This document shows positions 46,945 to 56,823 of a DNA stretch of 58,829 nt, piece after piece. Under the pieces are notes generated by a model, which saw nothing but the letters and a program-made list of their open reading frames with translations, had not been told where the DNA came from and made no database searches. This DNA is from a virus (taxonomy: Duplodnaviria > Caudoviricetes): the IMG/VR virus record IMGVR_UViG_3300037247_000927, positions 1 through 58,829 of that record. One strand, 5' to 3'. A program made the position numbers and the translations under genes. The stretch's first letter is position 1. Every line of letters starts with the position of its first letter.

Positions 46945-48000
46945 ATGTCAGCTTCAACAGAAGATATCCTTGCACAAATTGACCGTTCGTTGGAAGAACA
47001 GAGACTTCTCAGGCAGGAAGCGCAAGAAATTACTGACGCTCCTATTGGTGATGATTTCTTACGGGAAAGAGCTGCTACGCCTGTCAGTCGTGACACAGTT
47101 AATCTGCTCCAATCTTTTGTCGGTACTGGTGCGCCGAATGTTGCTGCACTCGCTGCTGGTTTTTTAAGCACTCAGGTTGATGCAAGGGATGCTGCTGTAA
47201 CAGAAATCGAACGTCAAAGGACAGCAAGAACAGAAGCCCTTCAGGGCATAAAGCTGCGTTCTGATATTGATAATCAGGTTGAAGATTTACTTGCTATTGG
47301 CGAGGCACGAAGACAGGCTCAGGAAACTGAGTCTTTAACTTCCGGAAGGACTGAACAACAAAGACTTGCCAGAGAATCGGAGGCGAGGCTTGGACGCGGA
47401 ACAGAGTCTCAGATTCAAGACAGAGCTGAACAGCAAAGGCTTGCTAGAGAAGAAGAGGCAAGACTATTGGCGGGAACTGCATCTTCGATTTCTCAAAGAA
47501 CTGAGCAACAGAGGATTTCAGCATTACAAGAAGAAAGGCTCGCTAAAACAGCAGAAGCCCAAGACGAAAGAAGAGAGCTTCTGAACCGGTTGACCAATAA
47601 ACAAATTGATCTTACTGAAGATGAGGGCAGGCTATTTAACCTCAGCAATCAAGCGCAGAGAAGAAAGAAAATAATCTCTGATCAACTGCAACTTGAGGCC
47701 GCGAGACAGGGCCTTGATTTTGACCAGGTTAATGAGATTCTTCAGCAGAGAATTTCTAACGACACTCAGCTTCGAGCGTTAGAAGTAGAAGTAAGGTCGC
47801 TTCTTTCTGGTGGGACTGTTACGCCCGGAGAAATTGAAGCTGAAGCCTCGTTACGAGAAGGTGAGCGGACTGATGCTATTCAGACGGAAGGGTTTGACCC
47901 ATTCGCTGTCCCGACAGAAGAAGAGGATGAGCGTGGCTTCTTTGATCGGACAATCTTTGGGCGAGTTGGTAATTTCCTCTTTGGAGAGGATGACCAGTAA
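46945..48000 (+). CDS. Helical ejection protein with three 25-aa repeats
   Basis: R(T/A)EQQR at 25-aa spacing. Confidence 0.6.
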   Translation: MSASTEDILAQIDRSLEEQRLLRQEAQEITDAPIGDDFLRERAATPVSRDTVNLLQSFVGTGAPNVAALAAGFLSTQVDARDAAVTEIERQRTARTEALQGIKLRSDIDNQVEDLLAIGEARRQAQETESLTSGRTEQQRLARESEARLGRGTESQIQDRAEQQRLAREEEARLLAGTASSISQRTEQQRISALQEERLAKTAEAQDERRELLNRLTNKQIDLTEDEGRLFNLSNQAQRRKKIISDQLQLEAARQGLDFDQVNEILQQRISNDTQLRALEVEVRSLLSGGTVTPGEIEAEASLREGERTDAIQTEGFDPFAVPTEEEDERGFFDRTIFGRVGNFLFGEDDQ

Positions 48001-48686
48001 TGCAAATTTCAGACGCACTAATTGAAGGCATCTTTAATCACGCCAGGGAATCAGGCCATCCTGACCCGTTAGGGTTTGTTGCGAGGATGAAAGTTGAAAG
48101 TAATTTTGATCCAGACAAGGTTGGCAAAAACGGTGAAGTTGGGCTTAACCAGATTGCTCCGAAAAGAGCTGCAAGATTTGGCTTGCAAGATATAGATTCG
48201 ATTGAGGGGAATATCGACAGCGCAATTCAGATTGATTTCTCTCACTTCGAAAAGGTTGGGCAGAATCTTGAAAAGATGTACATAGCGTGGAGGATCGGCC
48301 TTAACCCGGAAAAACTCAATGCCCCAACAGCTTCAGTGAAGCGGTGGCTGAAGAAGATTGAGTCTGAAAGCAAAAAACTCGCCAAGCTACTTGGTATCAC
48401 TCAGGATGTTCGTGAAGATAAAAGCAAAGAAGAACGCGAAATTGACAGGGAAACCAGGGAGATATATTCAGGAAATCGCTTCACTACTGAAGGCGTATCC
48501 GGACCACCTGTTAATCGAGAGATTGCAGTATTCTTTCCTGAAGCCGTTGAATCCAGTCTTGATGCAAACAGAACAGTAGCGCCAGCGCAGCCGGGAAGCA
48601 CTTTGGTAGCGAATAATCGCCCTGTGCAAACACAGGAAAGAGAGCGAATGATCAGTATGATTATTCAGCTCATTGACAAGGTTTAA
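48000..48686 (+). CDS. Virion lytic transglycosylase (SLT-like)
   Basis: VESNFDP...GEVGLNQI...NI. Confidence 0.8.
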   Translation: MQISDALIEGIFNHARESGHPDPLGFVARMKVESNFDPDKVGKNGEVGLNQIAPKRAARFGLQDIDSIEGNIDSAIQIDFSHFEKVGQNLEKMYIAWRIGLNPEKLNAPTASVKRWLKKIESESKKLAKLLGITQDVREDKSKEEREIDRETREIYSGNRFTTEGVSGPPVNREIAVFFPEAVESSLDANRTVAPAQPGSTLVANNRPVQTQERERMISMIIQLIDKV

Positions 48687-48690
48687 CGTC

Positions 48691-51600
48691 ATGCCACACG
48701 AAGAAGGTCACGTAGCTGAAACTCCAGATCAGGAGCTAATCTCTCCAAGCGGGAACAGAATTGACTTGGCTGTAGATAATTTCGCTCGTTTTGTTGGCGG
48801 GCAGAATGTTGGCACGGAATCTGACTTGTCAATATTTAAAGAGAAGTACAAGCCACTGGTTACAAGTCGATTGACTGATGAAGCTGAAATCGCTGCATTC
48901 GAAACAAAGTTCGAAGAACGTTATGGGTCGGTTAATAAGTTCTCAGATTTGGTTACTTCTGATGGTGCGCGTCGAGAACGGAAATCAAAAATAGCTAAGT
49001 CCAATCTGAAAAGGCGTGGTAGCGCACTTGGCTTCGGTGTTGATCAGGCTCAGTCATTGGGCGGGTCAGCGGTGAAGACGGTTGGTGATTTATTTGGTAG
49101 CGATTTCCTCACTGACTTTGGCGATGACATCATCAAACAACAAGAAAAAGATATTGAGGAAATTGGTTACGTTTCGAAGTATCAGGATTCATTCAGAAAT
49201 ACGGTTTCAAATCAGGGCGCATTAGCAAGCCTTGGTTGGATATGGGAGGCTTCCCTTGAGAATGCAGCAACATCTGGTGTGGCACTGGCAGGTACGGGCC
49301 TTGCGATTGCAACAGCTCCGATATCTGCGACACTCGCCACTATTATTGGTGTGGGGACGGCTGGCGCTACTGCTGCTCTTGGCGTTGGTGAGGTTAGGCA
49401 GGAGCTTGAAGATAAGGGAGTTTACGATCCAGATGATGCTGCGTTTGCGGTTGGTGCTGGGCTGGTTATTGCTTTGCTGGATAGGCTCGGTGCAAAAAAG
49501 GTTTTACCAACTGGTGAAATGGTCAAGCGGCTTGCCGAATCAGGCGTAATAAAAAGAATAGGAGTAAAGGCAGCAGGGATAGCCACGAAGACGGGCGCTG
49601 AAATCAGCACTGAAGCGTTACAGGAAGCAATTGCTGTTGGAGCTGCTGCTTTCAAGGGCGCTGAGTATGAAGGCTCTGAAGTCCTCGACAGGCTAATTGA
49701 TGCTGGTGTTGTTGGCGGTGCATTGGGTTTAGGCGCAAGTACGACTGACGCTGCTGTCAGAAGGCCTCAGACGCAAGCTGACACTCCTGAAGGTGTCGAT
49801 CAGAAGGCGGAATTGGCCAAGACAGTTACAGAGACAGTTCAAGAGGTAACTGCTGATGCTGAACTTACTGGTGACGTTCCGCTTCAGGGCGTTCCAGAAG
49901 AAGACATAGAGGTCGTAGATGTAACTGGTGATCCGACCACGCTCCCTGAAGCAAACGTAACCGCAACTGCAATGGATACACCTGACTTTGGTGAAGGACA
50001 GCCAAGATCATCTGAAGAAATACCTTTGGGTGAAAAGATAGAGAATACGACACTCGATGAAAATGTGGTTGCAAATCCACAGCCACCACAGGATTTGAAA
50101 CTTACGCAAAAAGCACGGAGGGTGTTCACTCAATTCTTACATCCATCAAGTTTGTTTTCTCAGATCGAGGGCGGGTCGGCCTTGCTTGATATAAGGCGGT
50201 CAATCATTGGCGCTGAGCATGACATGGAGATCGAGTCGAGTCTGTCTGCTTCAAACTATGCTCAGTCAATATCAGAAAAGGCTGGTGTTCCTTATGCCGA
50301 AATACCAGCAGAAGAACGAGAATCAATTTACCGGCAAATGACGGGTGATACTCCCATACAAGAAAAGTATGCTGATGTCATAACATTTGCCAGAAATAAG
50401 GTTGACGTCTTTTCTGAAAACATAGTCAGATCATTGGATAATGCAATTGAGTTTGCAAACAGGCGCGGGCTTGATGCAGAAAAGACAGTCAACAATCTTG
50501 AGAATGCAAAAGCTGCTGTTGAAACAAATCTCGGCTCTTACCTGAATCGCTCATTCCAGGTTTTTGAAAACAGGTTTCTGTTGCGCAAATTCATTGGATC
50601 AGAAAAGCACACAAAAGCAGTAGATCAGGCAAATGAATCTTTATTCAATGGACAGGACAGGGATGCGGCAGAAGCTGTTGTAAATGATTTCACAAGGGAT
50701 GTTCAAGAAGCCAGAAGCAGCGAGTCTTTCCTTATCAATTCAATTGCTCAAGTCTATGGTGGTCGAGTAAAGTTCCAAACTATTTTCAGGGAAAAGAAAG
50801 AACTTGATCCTTGGGTGAAAACCATATTGCATGAAGATACTGATCCAGTATCTGTTCTGAATAAAACGCTTGGAAAGCAGGGGTTCTTTTTTGAAAACAT
50901 GAATGGCCAAGTGAAGCTCATGGATGCTTTGTTTGATGCTGGACTTGCTTCTGCTGTTGCAGCGCCTGGGTTTGTTCCTGCTGAAAACTCAATGGCTCAA
51001 GGCAAGAGATTTTCCTTACTGAGTGATGTATTTCTGCACAAGGATGTCAAAGATTCTCTTGATGCTTTGTATGGTGGTGGCGATATAAGTTCTGGTGCTG
51101 CTGCATTCAATATGGTTAACCTTGCTCAGAAGGTGAACGCAACAGTTTTAAGCACATCTACGCAGGCAAGGAATGCAAAGGGTGCGATTATTTATGCGCT
51201 GATGAACGGAGCATCAAACCCGAAAGACTGGATCAATACATATCGCCAGTTCAGGAACTTTGCAAAAGAAAAAAACCAAGGCAGGTACGACCAGTTCAAG
51301 AAGTTCCTAGTTAGAGAAAGAATTATCAGTGACTCTGCGCATGCTGATGAGATACGCGATCTCGCACTGACAATTAAGGATTCTGATATCAGCGGAGTTT
51401 TCGCAAAAGAATTCACTTCGAAGGTTGCTGGTGGAATCTTTGACGGAGCAAAGCGTGTATTTGGAGCCTTCTCAAAAACATATCGGTTGGCAGATGAATT
51501 CTCAAAGGTAATTTATTTCAACAAAGAACTCAGGTTTGGTGTTGAAAAAATGAATCTTACAAATCAAGGCGCTATGGAGAGAGCTGCTGTGCTGACACGC

Positions 51601-52890
51601 AGAGTGATGCCAACGGCTACAAATACTCCGGCCTTGGTTAACAGATTGAGGCGGCCACGTAGCGGTGTTGAGGTTGTTGCTTCTATGGCTGGCGGTACAT
51701 TCCTGACGTTTAATGCTGAGATAGCACGGAATGTCTCAAACATCTACCTGCAATCAAAGAGTGAAATTACTTCAGGTGATCCGGTACAGATAAAAAGAGG
51801 CCTTGAAAGATTCAGTTCTTTGGCTATTGTTGGATCACTGCTTGTTCAAACGGCATTGCCAGAAGACGATGAACTGAACCCAATGGAAGTTAATCGTGTT
51901 CTGCCGTGGTATTACGCAGGCAGGGAACTGCGTGGCGGTGAGCTTGATCCGAATGGTGATGTCAGATTCAAAGTAACCCACTATTCAAATCCGATATCAA
52001 TGTTCACAAATACGCTCAGGATACTTGGTGAATCAATCTTCAATGACTCTTTAACCCCAGAAGAAACCATGAAGTTTATTTACGAATCAACCCTTGGTGA
52101 ATTTATTGGCGACAACATGACATCGCAAAATGTTCGCGAGCTTTTCACTGTTGATGGCGAGAGGAAAACTTATAACGAAGCATTTGCAAGGGTTCTGAGT
52201 AATATCCTGCCAAGGACGATGACTGACTCTATGAAGATTGCGACAGGCATAAGCGCGGTCCAGACCCCGGCGCAAAAGAAAGACTTAGAAAACAGATTGC
52301 TCAAGCTGGTTGATGCTGGAGATTTCATTCTGACAAAGGCTGATGCTGCTGGCAATGCTGGCAGGTACTTGAGGGTTTATAAAACCGACCTCAATAAGTT
52401 TATCAACAATAGTCTTTTGACAACTTCTGCCAATTTCAATGCAGATTCAATGGCTGTCAGATATGTGAATCAGGCCAAGACTTATCTGGACAAGTCAAAG
52501 GAAACCATAAGTCAACTTGTCCAGTATCAGCAGTTTCTCAAAGTAAATGGTATTGAATATTCCGACAAGGAAATGTATTCAAATTTCAAAGGCGCTTCTG
52601 GAATGAGCAAGGGAATGTTCACGGCCATCACAAAGGGAATCAGGGAAGACACTCTCGATGAGATAACACCATTTTCATCATTTGGAACAAGACGCAGCAG
52701 ATCAAAGCTTATTGATGCGAAAGTAATGTCCAGGCGGGCAGCTTCTGGAAAAGTCGAAGACCCTGATCTGTTGCCAGTGTTCGAAGAAAGAGAAGCTGAA
52801 CTTGCGGAATCAATAGCAAGGCTTCAGTTTAAATCAGGTACTCGTTCTCGCAGAGTAAGAACTAATGCTCTCGGAGAGATCATTCAATGA
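48691..52890 (+). CDS. Large internal virion/DNA ejection protein
   Basis: ~1400 aa; Gly/Ala-rich membrane-like N-region, TEALQE, ATVLSTSTQARN, ADEFSK..F; probable ATG at 48691. Confidence 0.75.
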   Translation: MPHEEGHVAETPDQELISPSGNRIDLAVDNFARFVGGQNVGTESDLSIFKEKYKPLVTSRLTDEAEIAAFETKFEERYGSVNKFSDLVTSDGARRERKSKIAKSNLKRRGSALGFGVDQAQSLGGSAVKTVGDLFGSDFLTDFGDDIIKQQEKDIEEIGYVSKYQDSFRNTVSNQGALASLGWIWEASLENAATSGVALAGTGLAIATAPISATLATIIGVGTAGATAALGVGEVRQELEDKGVYDPDDAAFAVGAGLVIALLDRLGAKKVLPTGEMVKRLAESGVIKRIGVKAAGIATKTGAEISTEALQEAIAVGAAAFKGAEYEGSEVLDRLIDAGVVGGALGLGASTTDAAVRRPQTQADTPEGVDQKAELAKTVTETVQEVTADAELTGDVPLQGVPEEDIEVVDVTGDPTTLPEANVTATAMDTPDFGEGQPRSSEEIPLGEKIENTTLDENVVANPQPPQDLKLTQKARRVFTQFLHPSSLFSQIEGGSALLDIRRSIIGAEHDMEIESSLSASNYAQSISEKAGVPYAEIPAEERESIYRQMTGDTPIQEKYADVITFARNKVDVFSENIVRSLDNAIEFANRRGLDAEKTVNNLENAKAAVETNLGSYLNRSFQVFENRFLLRKFIGSEKHTKAVDQANESLFNGQDRDAAEAVVNDFTRDVQEARSSESFLINSIAQVYGGRVKFQTIFREKKELDPWVKTILHEDTDPVSVLNKTLGKQGFFFENMNGQVKLMDALFDAGLASAVAAPGFVPAENSMAQGKRFSLLSDVFLHKDVKDSLDALYGGGDISSGAAAFNMVNLAQKVNATVLSTSTQARNAKGAIIYALMNGASNPKDWINTYRQFRNFAKEKNQGRYDQFKKFLVRERIISDSAHADEIRDLALTIKDSDISGVFAKEFTSKVAGGIFDGAKRVFGAFSKTYRLADEFSKVIYFNKELRFGVEKMNLTNQGAMERAAVLTRRVMPTATNTPALVNRLRRPRSGVEVVASMAGGTFLTFNAEIARNVSNIYLQSKSEITSGDPVQIKRGLERFSSLAIVGSLLVQTALPEDDELNPMEVNRVLPWYYAGRELRGGELDPNGDVRFKVTHYSNPISMFTNTLRILGESIFNDSLTPEETMKFIYESTLGEFIGDNMTSQNVRELFTVDGERKTYNEAFARVLSNILPRTMTDSMKIATGISAVQTPAQKKDLENRLLKLVDAGDFILTKADAAGNAGRYLRVYKTDLNKFINNSLLTTSANFNADSMAVRYVNQAKTYLDKSKETISQLVQYQQFLKVNGIEYSDKEMYSNFKGASGMSKGMFTAITKGIREDTLDEITPFSSFGTRRSRSKLIDAKVMSRRAASGKVEDPDLLPVFEEREAELAESIARLQFKSGTRSRRVRTNALGEIIQ

Positions 52891-52982
52891 AATTAAAAAT
52901 GTTCAGAGTGCGTTATGACAGGTTTCACGTGGAACATGTCGATGCTGCGAGCTTCCATCATATTATTCGGTGGTGTAATTAA
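52887..52982 (+). CDS. 31-aa coupling ORF spanning the parS-like site
   Basis: ATGA overlap upstream and TAATG overlap with the endolysin start. Confidence 0.4.
   Translation: MKLKMFRVRYDRFHVEHVDAASFHHIIRWCN
52921..52936. promoter_or_regulatory. parS: parS-like centromere site
   Basis: GGTTTCACGTGGAACA; reverse complement TGTTCCACGTGAAACC matches 15/16 of TGTTNCACGTGAAACA. Confidence 0.7.
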
Positions 52983-53323
52983 TGAGACTTGGCGCAAAAC
53001 AAGAATTGTTTGCTGAATTGTTCATCGAGCATTGTGCATGGCTCATAAGCAAGGGTTACGAGATCAGGTTTGGTGATATTTGGGCGCGTGAAGGCCATAG
53101 GGAAGGAAGCAATCACTATCTCAAACTTGCTGGTGATCTCAATTTATTTTACAGTGGTGTTTTCTTGACTCAAACATCAGATCATACTGAGTCTGGATTA
53201 AAATGGGAAAGCCGCCATGACCTGTGCAGGTGGGGTGGTAATTGGGACAAAGACAGCCATCCTGGAGAAGCGGGCGAGAATGATGGAAACCATTATTCAC
53301 TAATCCATAACGGAGCTATGTAA
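52982..53323 (+). CDS. Endolysin, peptidase M15 family
   Basis: SNHYLKLAGD (SxH..D), WGGNW, DGNHYS. Confidence 0.9.
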   Translation: MRLGAKQELFAELFIEHCAWLISKGYEIRFGDIWAREGHREGSNHYLKLAGDLNLFYSGVFLTQTSDHTESGLKWESRHDLCRWGGNWDKDSHPGEAGENDGNHYSLIHNGAM

Positions 53324-53400
53324 TACCTGCTGATAACGAACCGGAAGGACGTGAATAGTCGTCGCGGTAAAAAACGGCTAACTTATAGAAGGAGATTGAA

Positions 53401-53910
53401 ATGAGTGAGCAAGTAAGTCAAATTGAAGAAGCGATGTCCAAGGCGATCATGAAAGTGATTGGTGCGGTTGCTGATGGTGCAGCCTCTGGTGCCGTACAGG
53501 CCTCTGCTGGTGCCCAAGGTACTGTTGGCGGTACTGTTGTTGAGGCGGGACAGTCCTCTCAATCTACCGTAACAGGCGCGTCACACAAGAATGATGTGAG
53601 TGTACCCGAAGCCATGGAAAGCCTGAACCTGCATGCGCTGAAGGACGCCAACCTTGTCAACAAGAGCCTGGTCGGTCAGGCGCAGTCAAATGCCAAGCTG
53701 TATGATATAACCGCAACAGCACTTGGCCTGGCCACACTGACCGCAACACACCACATGGGCCTGGTACAACAGGCGTCTGCTGATCACCGCGATCTGGCAC
53801 ATGACCGTCATTGGAACATTAATGAAACGGATATGTATGCCACTATCGCCGGGACCATTACGGCAGCCGTGCTGGCATCAATAGGCAAGAAAGCTGAGGA
53901 AAACAGCTAA
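53401..53910 (+). CDS. Ala-rich helical protein of unknown function
   Basis: AAGGAG RBS; HRDLAHDRHWNINE motif. Confidence 0.7.
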   Translation: MSEQVSQIEEAMSKAIMKVIGAVADGAASGAVQASAGAQGTVGGTVVEAGQSSQSTVTGASHKNDVSVPEAMESLNLHALKDANLVNKSLVGQAQSNAKLYDITATALGLATLTATHHMGLVQQASADHRDLAHDRHWNINETDMYATIAGTITAAVLASIGKKAEENS

Positions 53911-53963
53911 GCTACAATGCCCGGCTCAATATTCAAGGATGACAACAGGCCCAAGGATGGGCC
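53892..53963 (+). promoter_or_regulatory. Cluster of AGGA-loop hairpins (CsrA/RsmA-type sites)
   Basis: GGCCCA-AGGA-TGGGCC, TCA-AGGA-TGA, AGCTG-AGGAAAA-CAGCT. Confidence 0.6.
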
Positions 53964-53994
53964 GCTATTCACTGATTCGCGAGGGTAGAATATA

Positions 53995-54435
53995 ATGGAA
54001 CAGGTGCTTCGTTATAGGGACTTCGGAAGTTTTGGTCAGGTACTCGAAGACTATACGTTCCAACTGCCTGAAGTGTTGTGGCCTGACAAGCCCATTGTCA
54101 CGGAATGGCTGACTGTAAGTGTTACTGGAGAAATGACTTGTTTGCGTGGGTTCATATGGGATTACGCAACTGTACCCATCACCAAGTGGCTCTCAAATAA
54201 GATTGCAGGTAAGAAGTCTAAAGTACCCTCACTGGGTCATGATGCTTTGTGCCGTTTGAAGCGGTTGGGTTTATTGCCTCATGATCCAAAGCGAAAGTAC
54301 ACAGACAGATTCTTTTATGATTTGCTGTTAGCTCGCAAGTTCTTGAAAGCAAGAGCATGGGGTTGGTGGAAATTTGTTCGGTTGGGTGCCAAATGGCATA
54401 AAGCCGGACCACGTAAAGTTTATGAAGTAATTTGA
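53995..54435 (+). CDS. DUF1353-family protein
   Basis: GFIWDYATVP...SLGHDALC...DRFF...VRLG. Confidence 0.8.
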   Translation: MEQVLRYRDFGSFGQVLEDYTFQLPEVLWPDKPIVTEWLTVSVTGEMTCLRGFIWDYATVPITKWLSNKIAGKKSKVPSLGHDALCRLKRLGLLPHDPKRKYTDRFFYDLLLARKFLKARAWGWWKFVRLGAKWHKAGPRKVYEVI

Positions 54436-54444
54436 GGAATTGAG

Positions 54445-54822
54445 ATGAGTAAACGTATGACAAACAATCTACTGGCCACGCTGATCGTGTTCATGATGCT
54501 GGCGTTAAGCGGGTGCGCCACCACGGAGCTGACATACGATCCCAAAGGAAAGACTGTGTGGAAATCAACCACCTTTCTGAAAAACGTAAAGGATGCTGAT
54601 GTCCAATGGGGTACTTTTCATGCAAGGCTGGGTTCTTCACTGGGAGACTATCAAACTGCTGGTACCATTATGCCCGGCTCGCTTATGCAAACTGTAGCTG
54701 AAACAGGCAATATAACTTTTGCTGGCGGCGATCTTGTAGATACACTCGGCAGACCGAGATCAGCTACATTGGCAGAAATGGCTGCGCAATATGATTTGAT
54801 GGAAAGATTGAATAGGGAGTAA
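54445..54822 (+). CDS. Lipoprotein (lysis module, possible spanin-like)
   Basis: Signal peptide with lipobox LSGC. Confidence 0.75.
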   Translation: MSKRMTNNLLATLIVFMMLALSGCATTELTYDPKGKTVWKSTTFLKNVKDADVQWGTFHARLGSSLGDYQTAGTIMPGSLMQTVAETGNITFAGGDLVDTLGRPRSATLAEMAAQYDLMERLNRE

Positions 54823-54929
54823 CCTATGGTTTTCGAATTAAAACAAAATGCTCATGTCGTGACAACGCAACTAAAACATTTGTAGTTAAAACATATGTGG
54901 CAAAAGAAGAATTCTAAAAGAGGTTTTCA

Positions 54930-55301
54930 GTGGGAGATAAATCAAGGCGACTGAAAACCCTCACATCACGAAGGGCAAAGCTTTCCCGTGATCTCAAGTC
55001 TGTTTATGAAAAGAGGCCTGTTGACAAGCATGTAGTTTCCGTAATTAAAGGAAAGATGGACAAGGCTACAAAAGAGATCGAGAAGATTCAAAAAGGCACA
55101 ATCATAATTTCTGAGCATGCCCTGCTGCGCTATCTCCAATACGTTTACAAGCTTGATGTTGAAACCATTGAGACAGAGATACTAAGCGATGCAACGATTT
55201 CCATGATGAAGGGTATGGGTAATGGAAAATATGGCGTAGGAAGCGATCTCATGGCCATCCTGGTTGACAATACGGTGGTGTCGATAGTGCCGAGGAAGTG
55301 A
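54930..55301 (+). CDS. Coiled-coil plus SEHALLRY-domain protein
   Basis: AAGAGG RBS, GTG start; ISEHALLRYL...NTVVSI. Confidence 0.65.
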   Translation: MGDKSRRLKTLTSRRAKLSRDLKSVYEKRPVDKHVVSVIKGKMDKATKEIEKIQKGTIIISEHALLRYLQYVYKLDVETIETEILSDATISMMKGMGNGKYGVGSDLMAILVDNTVVSIVPRK

Positions 55302-55455
55302 TTTCTGCTGGTAGGCAGTGATGATTACACTTTGGACACTTCATGCAGTGAACATGAACGCTTGTGTCTTCCGGCCTTAATGCCCTGACAAGCACAATCG
55401 CACTTGTCATTTCAGTTTTGCATTTCGGGCAATATTGTGTTTCTTCAGGCGTCAT
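55249..55455 (-). CDS. Zn-ribbon protein
   Basis: CPKC...CPKC. Confidence 0.6.
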   Translation of the reverse strand: MTPEETQYCPKCKTEMTSAIVLVRALRPEDTSVHVHCMKCPKCNHHCLPAEITSSALSTPPYCQPGWP

Positions 55456-55479
55456 TTCCTTTGTTAGCCTTTGTTTCCT

Positions 55480-55917
55480 TCATATTATACCAATACCGTC
55501 AAGGTGGTCGATCTCATGTTGAACAATCCTGGCCAGCAAGCCGCGTATCTTTATCCGCTTTGGGGTGCCATCAATTGCCAGCCATGAAACGACAATAATC
55601 TTATAGCGCTCAACAGATACCAGCTTTCCAGGGAATGACAAGCAACCTTCAGATTCAATGTTGGTCCCGCCACGAAACTTTTCTATGACGGGGTTTACCA
55701 TAGCTTCTTTGAAGCCAGCGTAATTAACTACGATTAATCTTTTTGGTATACCGACTTGATTGGCAGCAAGACCAACTGCAATTTTTTCTTCTGATGGGTT
55801 CTGGTGAGCATAGAGCATGCGGAACATAGCGTCAGAAATGCTATTTACGTCAGAAACATTAACAGGCAGAACAAACGGATCACAAATAGTTTTTAAGAAC
55901 TGGGAGTTAAGCTGCAT
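55480..55917 (-). CDS. def: Peptide deformylase
   Basis: VGLAANQVG, EGCLS, QHEIDHLDG. Confidence 0.95.
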   Translation of the reverse strand: MQLNSQFLKTICDPFVLPVNVSDVNSISDAMFRMLYAHQNPSEEKIAVGLAANQVGIPKRLIVVNYAGFKEAMVNPVIEKFRGGTNIESEGCLSFPGKLVSVERYKIIVVSWLAIDGTPKRIKIRGLLARIVQHEIDHLDGIGII

Positions 55918-55965
55918 TTTATTTCCTCTGAGGGTGTCGTATCCTCAATGACCTGTTTGTTTTTT

Positions 55966-56265
55966 TCATCCCATCACCTTCATTGCGTACAGAAACCCCG
56001 ATATAAATATCCAGAACCCCGCGATTGATGCCAGGATGATTTCAGTTAGTCCATTTATTATTCGCTGGAGCACGCGCAACCACAGGCTTGGGGCGGGGTA
56101 TCTAGATTCAGGGTACTTATCAGGCTCATAGACTATATAAGGATGCGCGGGTTTAATGTACTTATACCAATCTTCTTTTTTACGCGGAACGCCTGCCTGA
56201 GTAGGGTAATCAACCGTTTTGGTGCCTTTGTTTCCGTGTTTCCATCCATCCCATTTGCCACTCAT
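55966..56265 (-). CDS. Hypothetical protein with C-terminal TM segment
   Basis: ATGA-coupled start MSGKWD. Confidence 0.55.
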   Translation of the reverse strand: MSGKWDGWKHGNKGTKTVDYPTQAGVPRKKEDWYKYIKPAHPYIVYEPDKYPESRYPAPSLWLRVLQRIINGLTEIILASIAGFWIFISGFLYAMKVMG

Positions 56266-56528
56266 GGCTTTTGCTCCGGTGGCGGATTTTTCCAAGTAGC
56301 TCGCTGATTCGTGGTTGCTAATTCAACAAAATCTGCAATCTTCCGAAGGCATTCTTGCTCATATAGCGTGTTGGAATAGGAATAAAAAGCGTATTTCCGC
56401 CAGCCACAACACCACTTAATTTCGCCAAGGCAAATACAGGATGCCATTGCTATGACAGTCCATACTTTTGTTTTCCCTTTTGACGGCTGTTCGTCAAAAC
56501 TAAGCCACTCTCTTACTTGTCCCATCAA
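56262..56528 (-). CDS. Hypothetical phage protein
   Basis: KTKVW...LGEIKW..WRKYAF...CLRKIADF; GGAGG RBS. Confidence 0.7.
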   Translation of the reverse strand: MMGQVREWLSFDEQPSKGKTKVWTVIAMASCICLGEIKWCCGWRKYAFYSYSNTLYEQECLRKIADFVELATTNQRATWKNPPPEQKP

Positions 56529-56541
56529 TTATCCTCCGGCT

Positions 56542-56823
56542 TTACGCAGCTTCTCTTGCCTTCACCATGTATGATCTAAGCTCATGGTAAGCCACCTTGA
56601 GAGCTTCAGGGAGGTCACTAACGTCACAGTCAGGGCTTTCCTTCAATGTACGGTCCAAGACTGCTTCCAGGGCGTTAGCAAGCGATGACGGGTATGCGGG
56701 GCTATCTTCATCCCATCGTTGCTGGCCTATATTCTTTCCTGATTCCGCAACAACCAGCCTTTCAATTTTCCAGCCATATGTATAAGATTTAATCCGCCTG
56801 TTTTTCCCACATTGAATGATCAT
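56542..56823 (-). CDS. Hypothetical protein
   Basis: ATGA coupling. Confidence 0.65.
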   Translation of the reverse strand: MIIQCGKNRRIKSYTYGWKIERLVVAESGKNIGQQRWDEDSPAYPSSLANALEAVLDRTLKESPDCDVSDLPEALKVAYHELRSYMVKAREAA

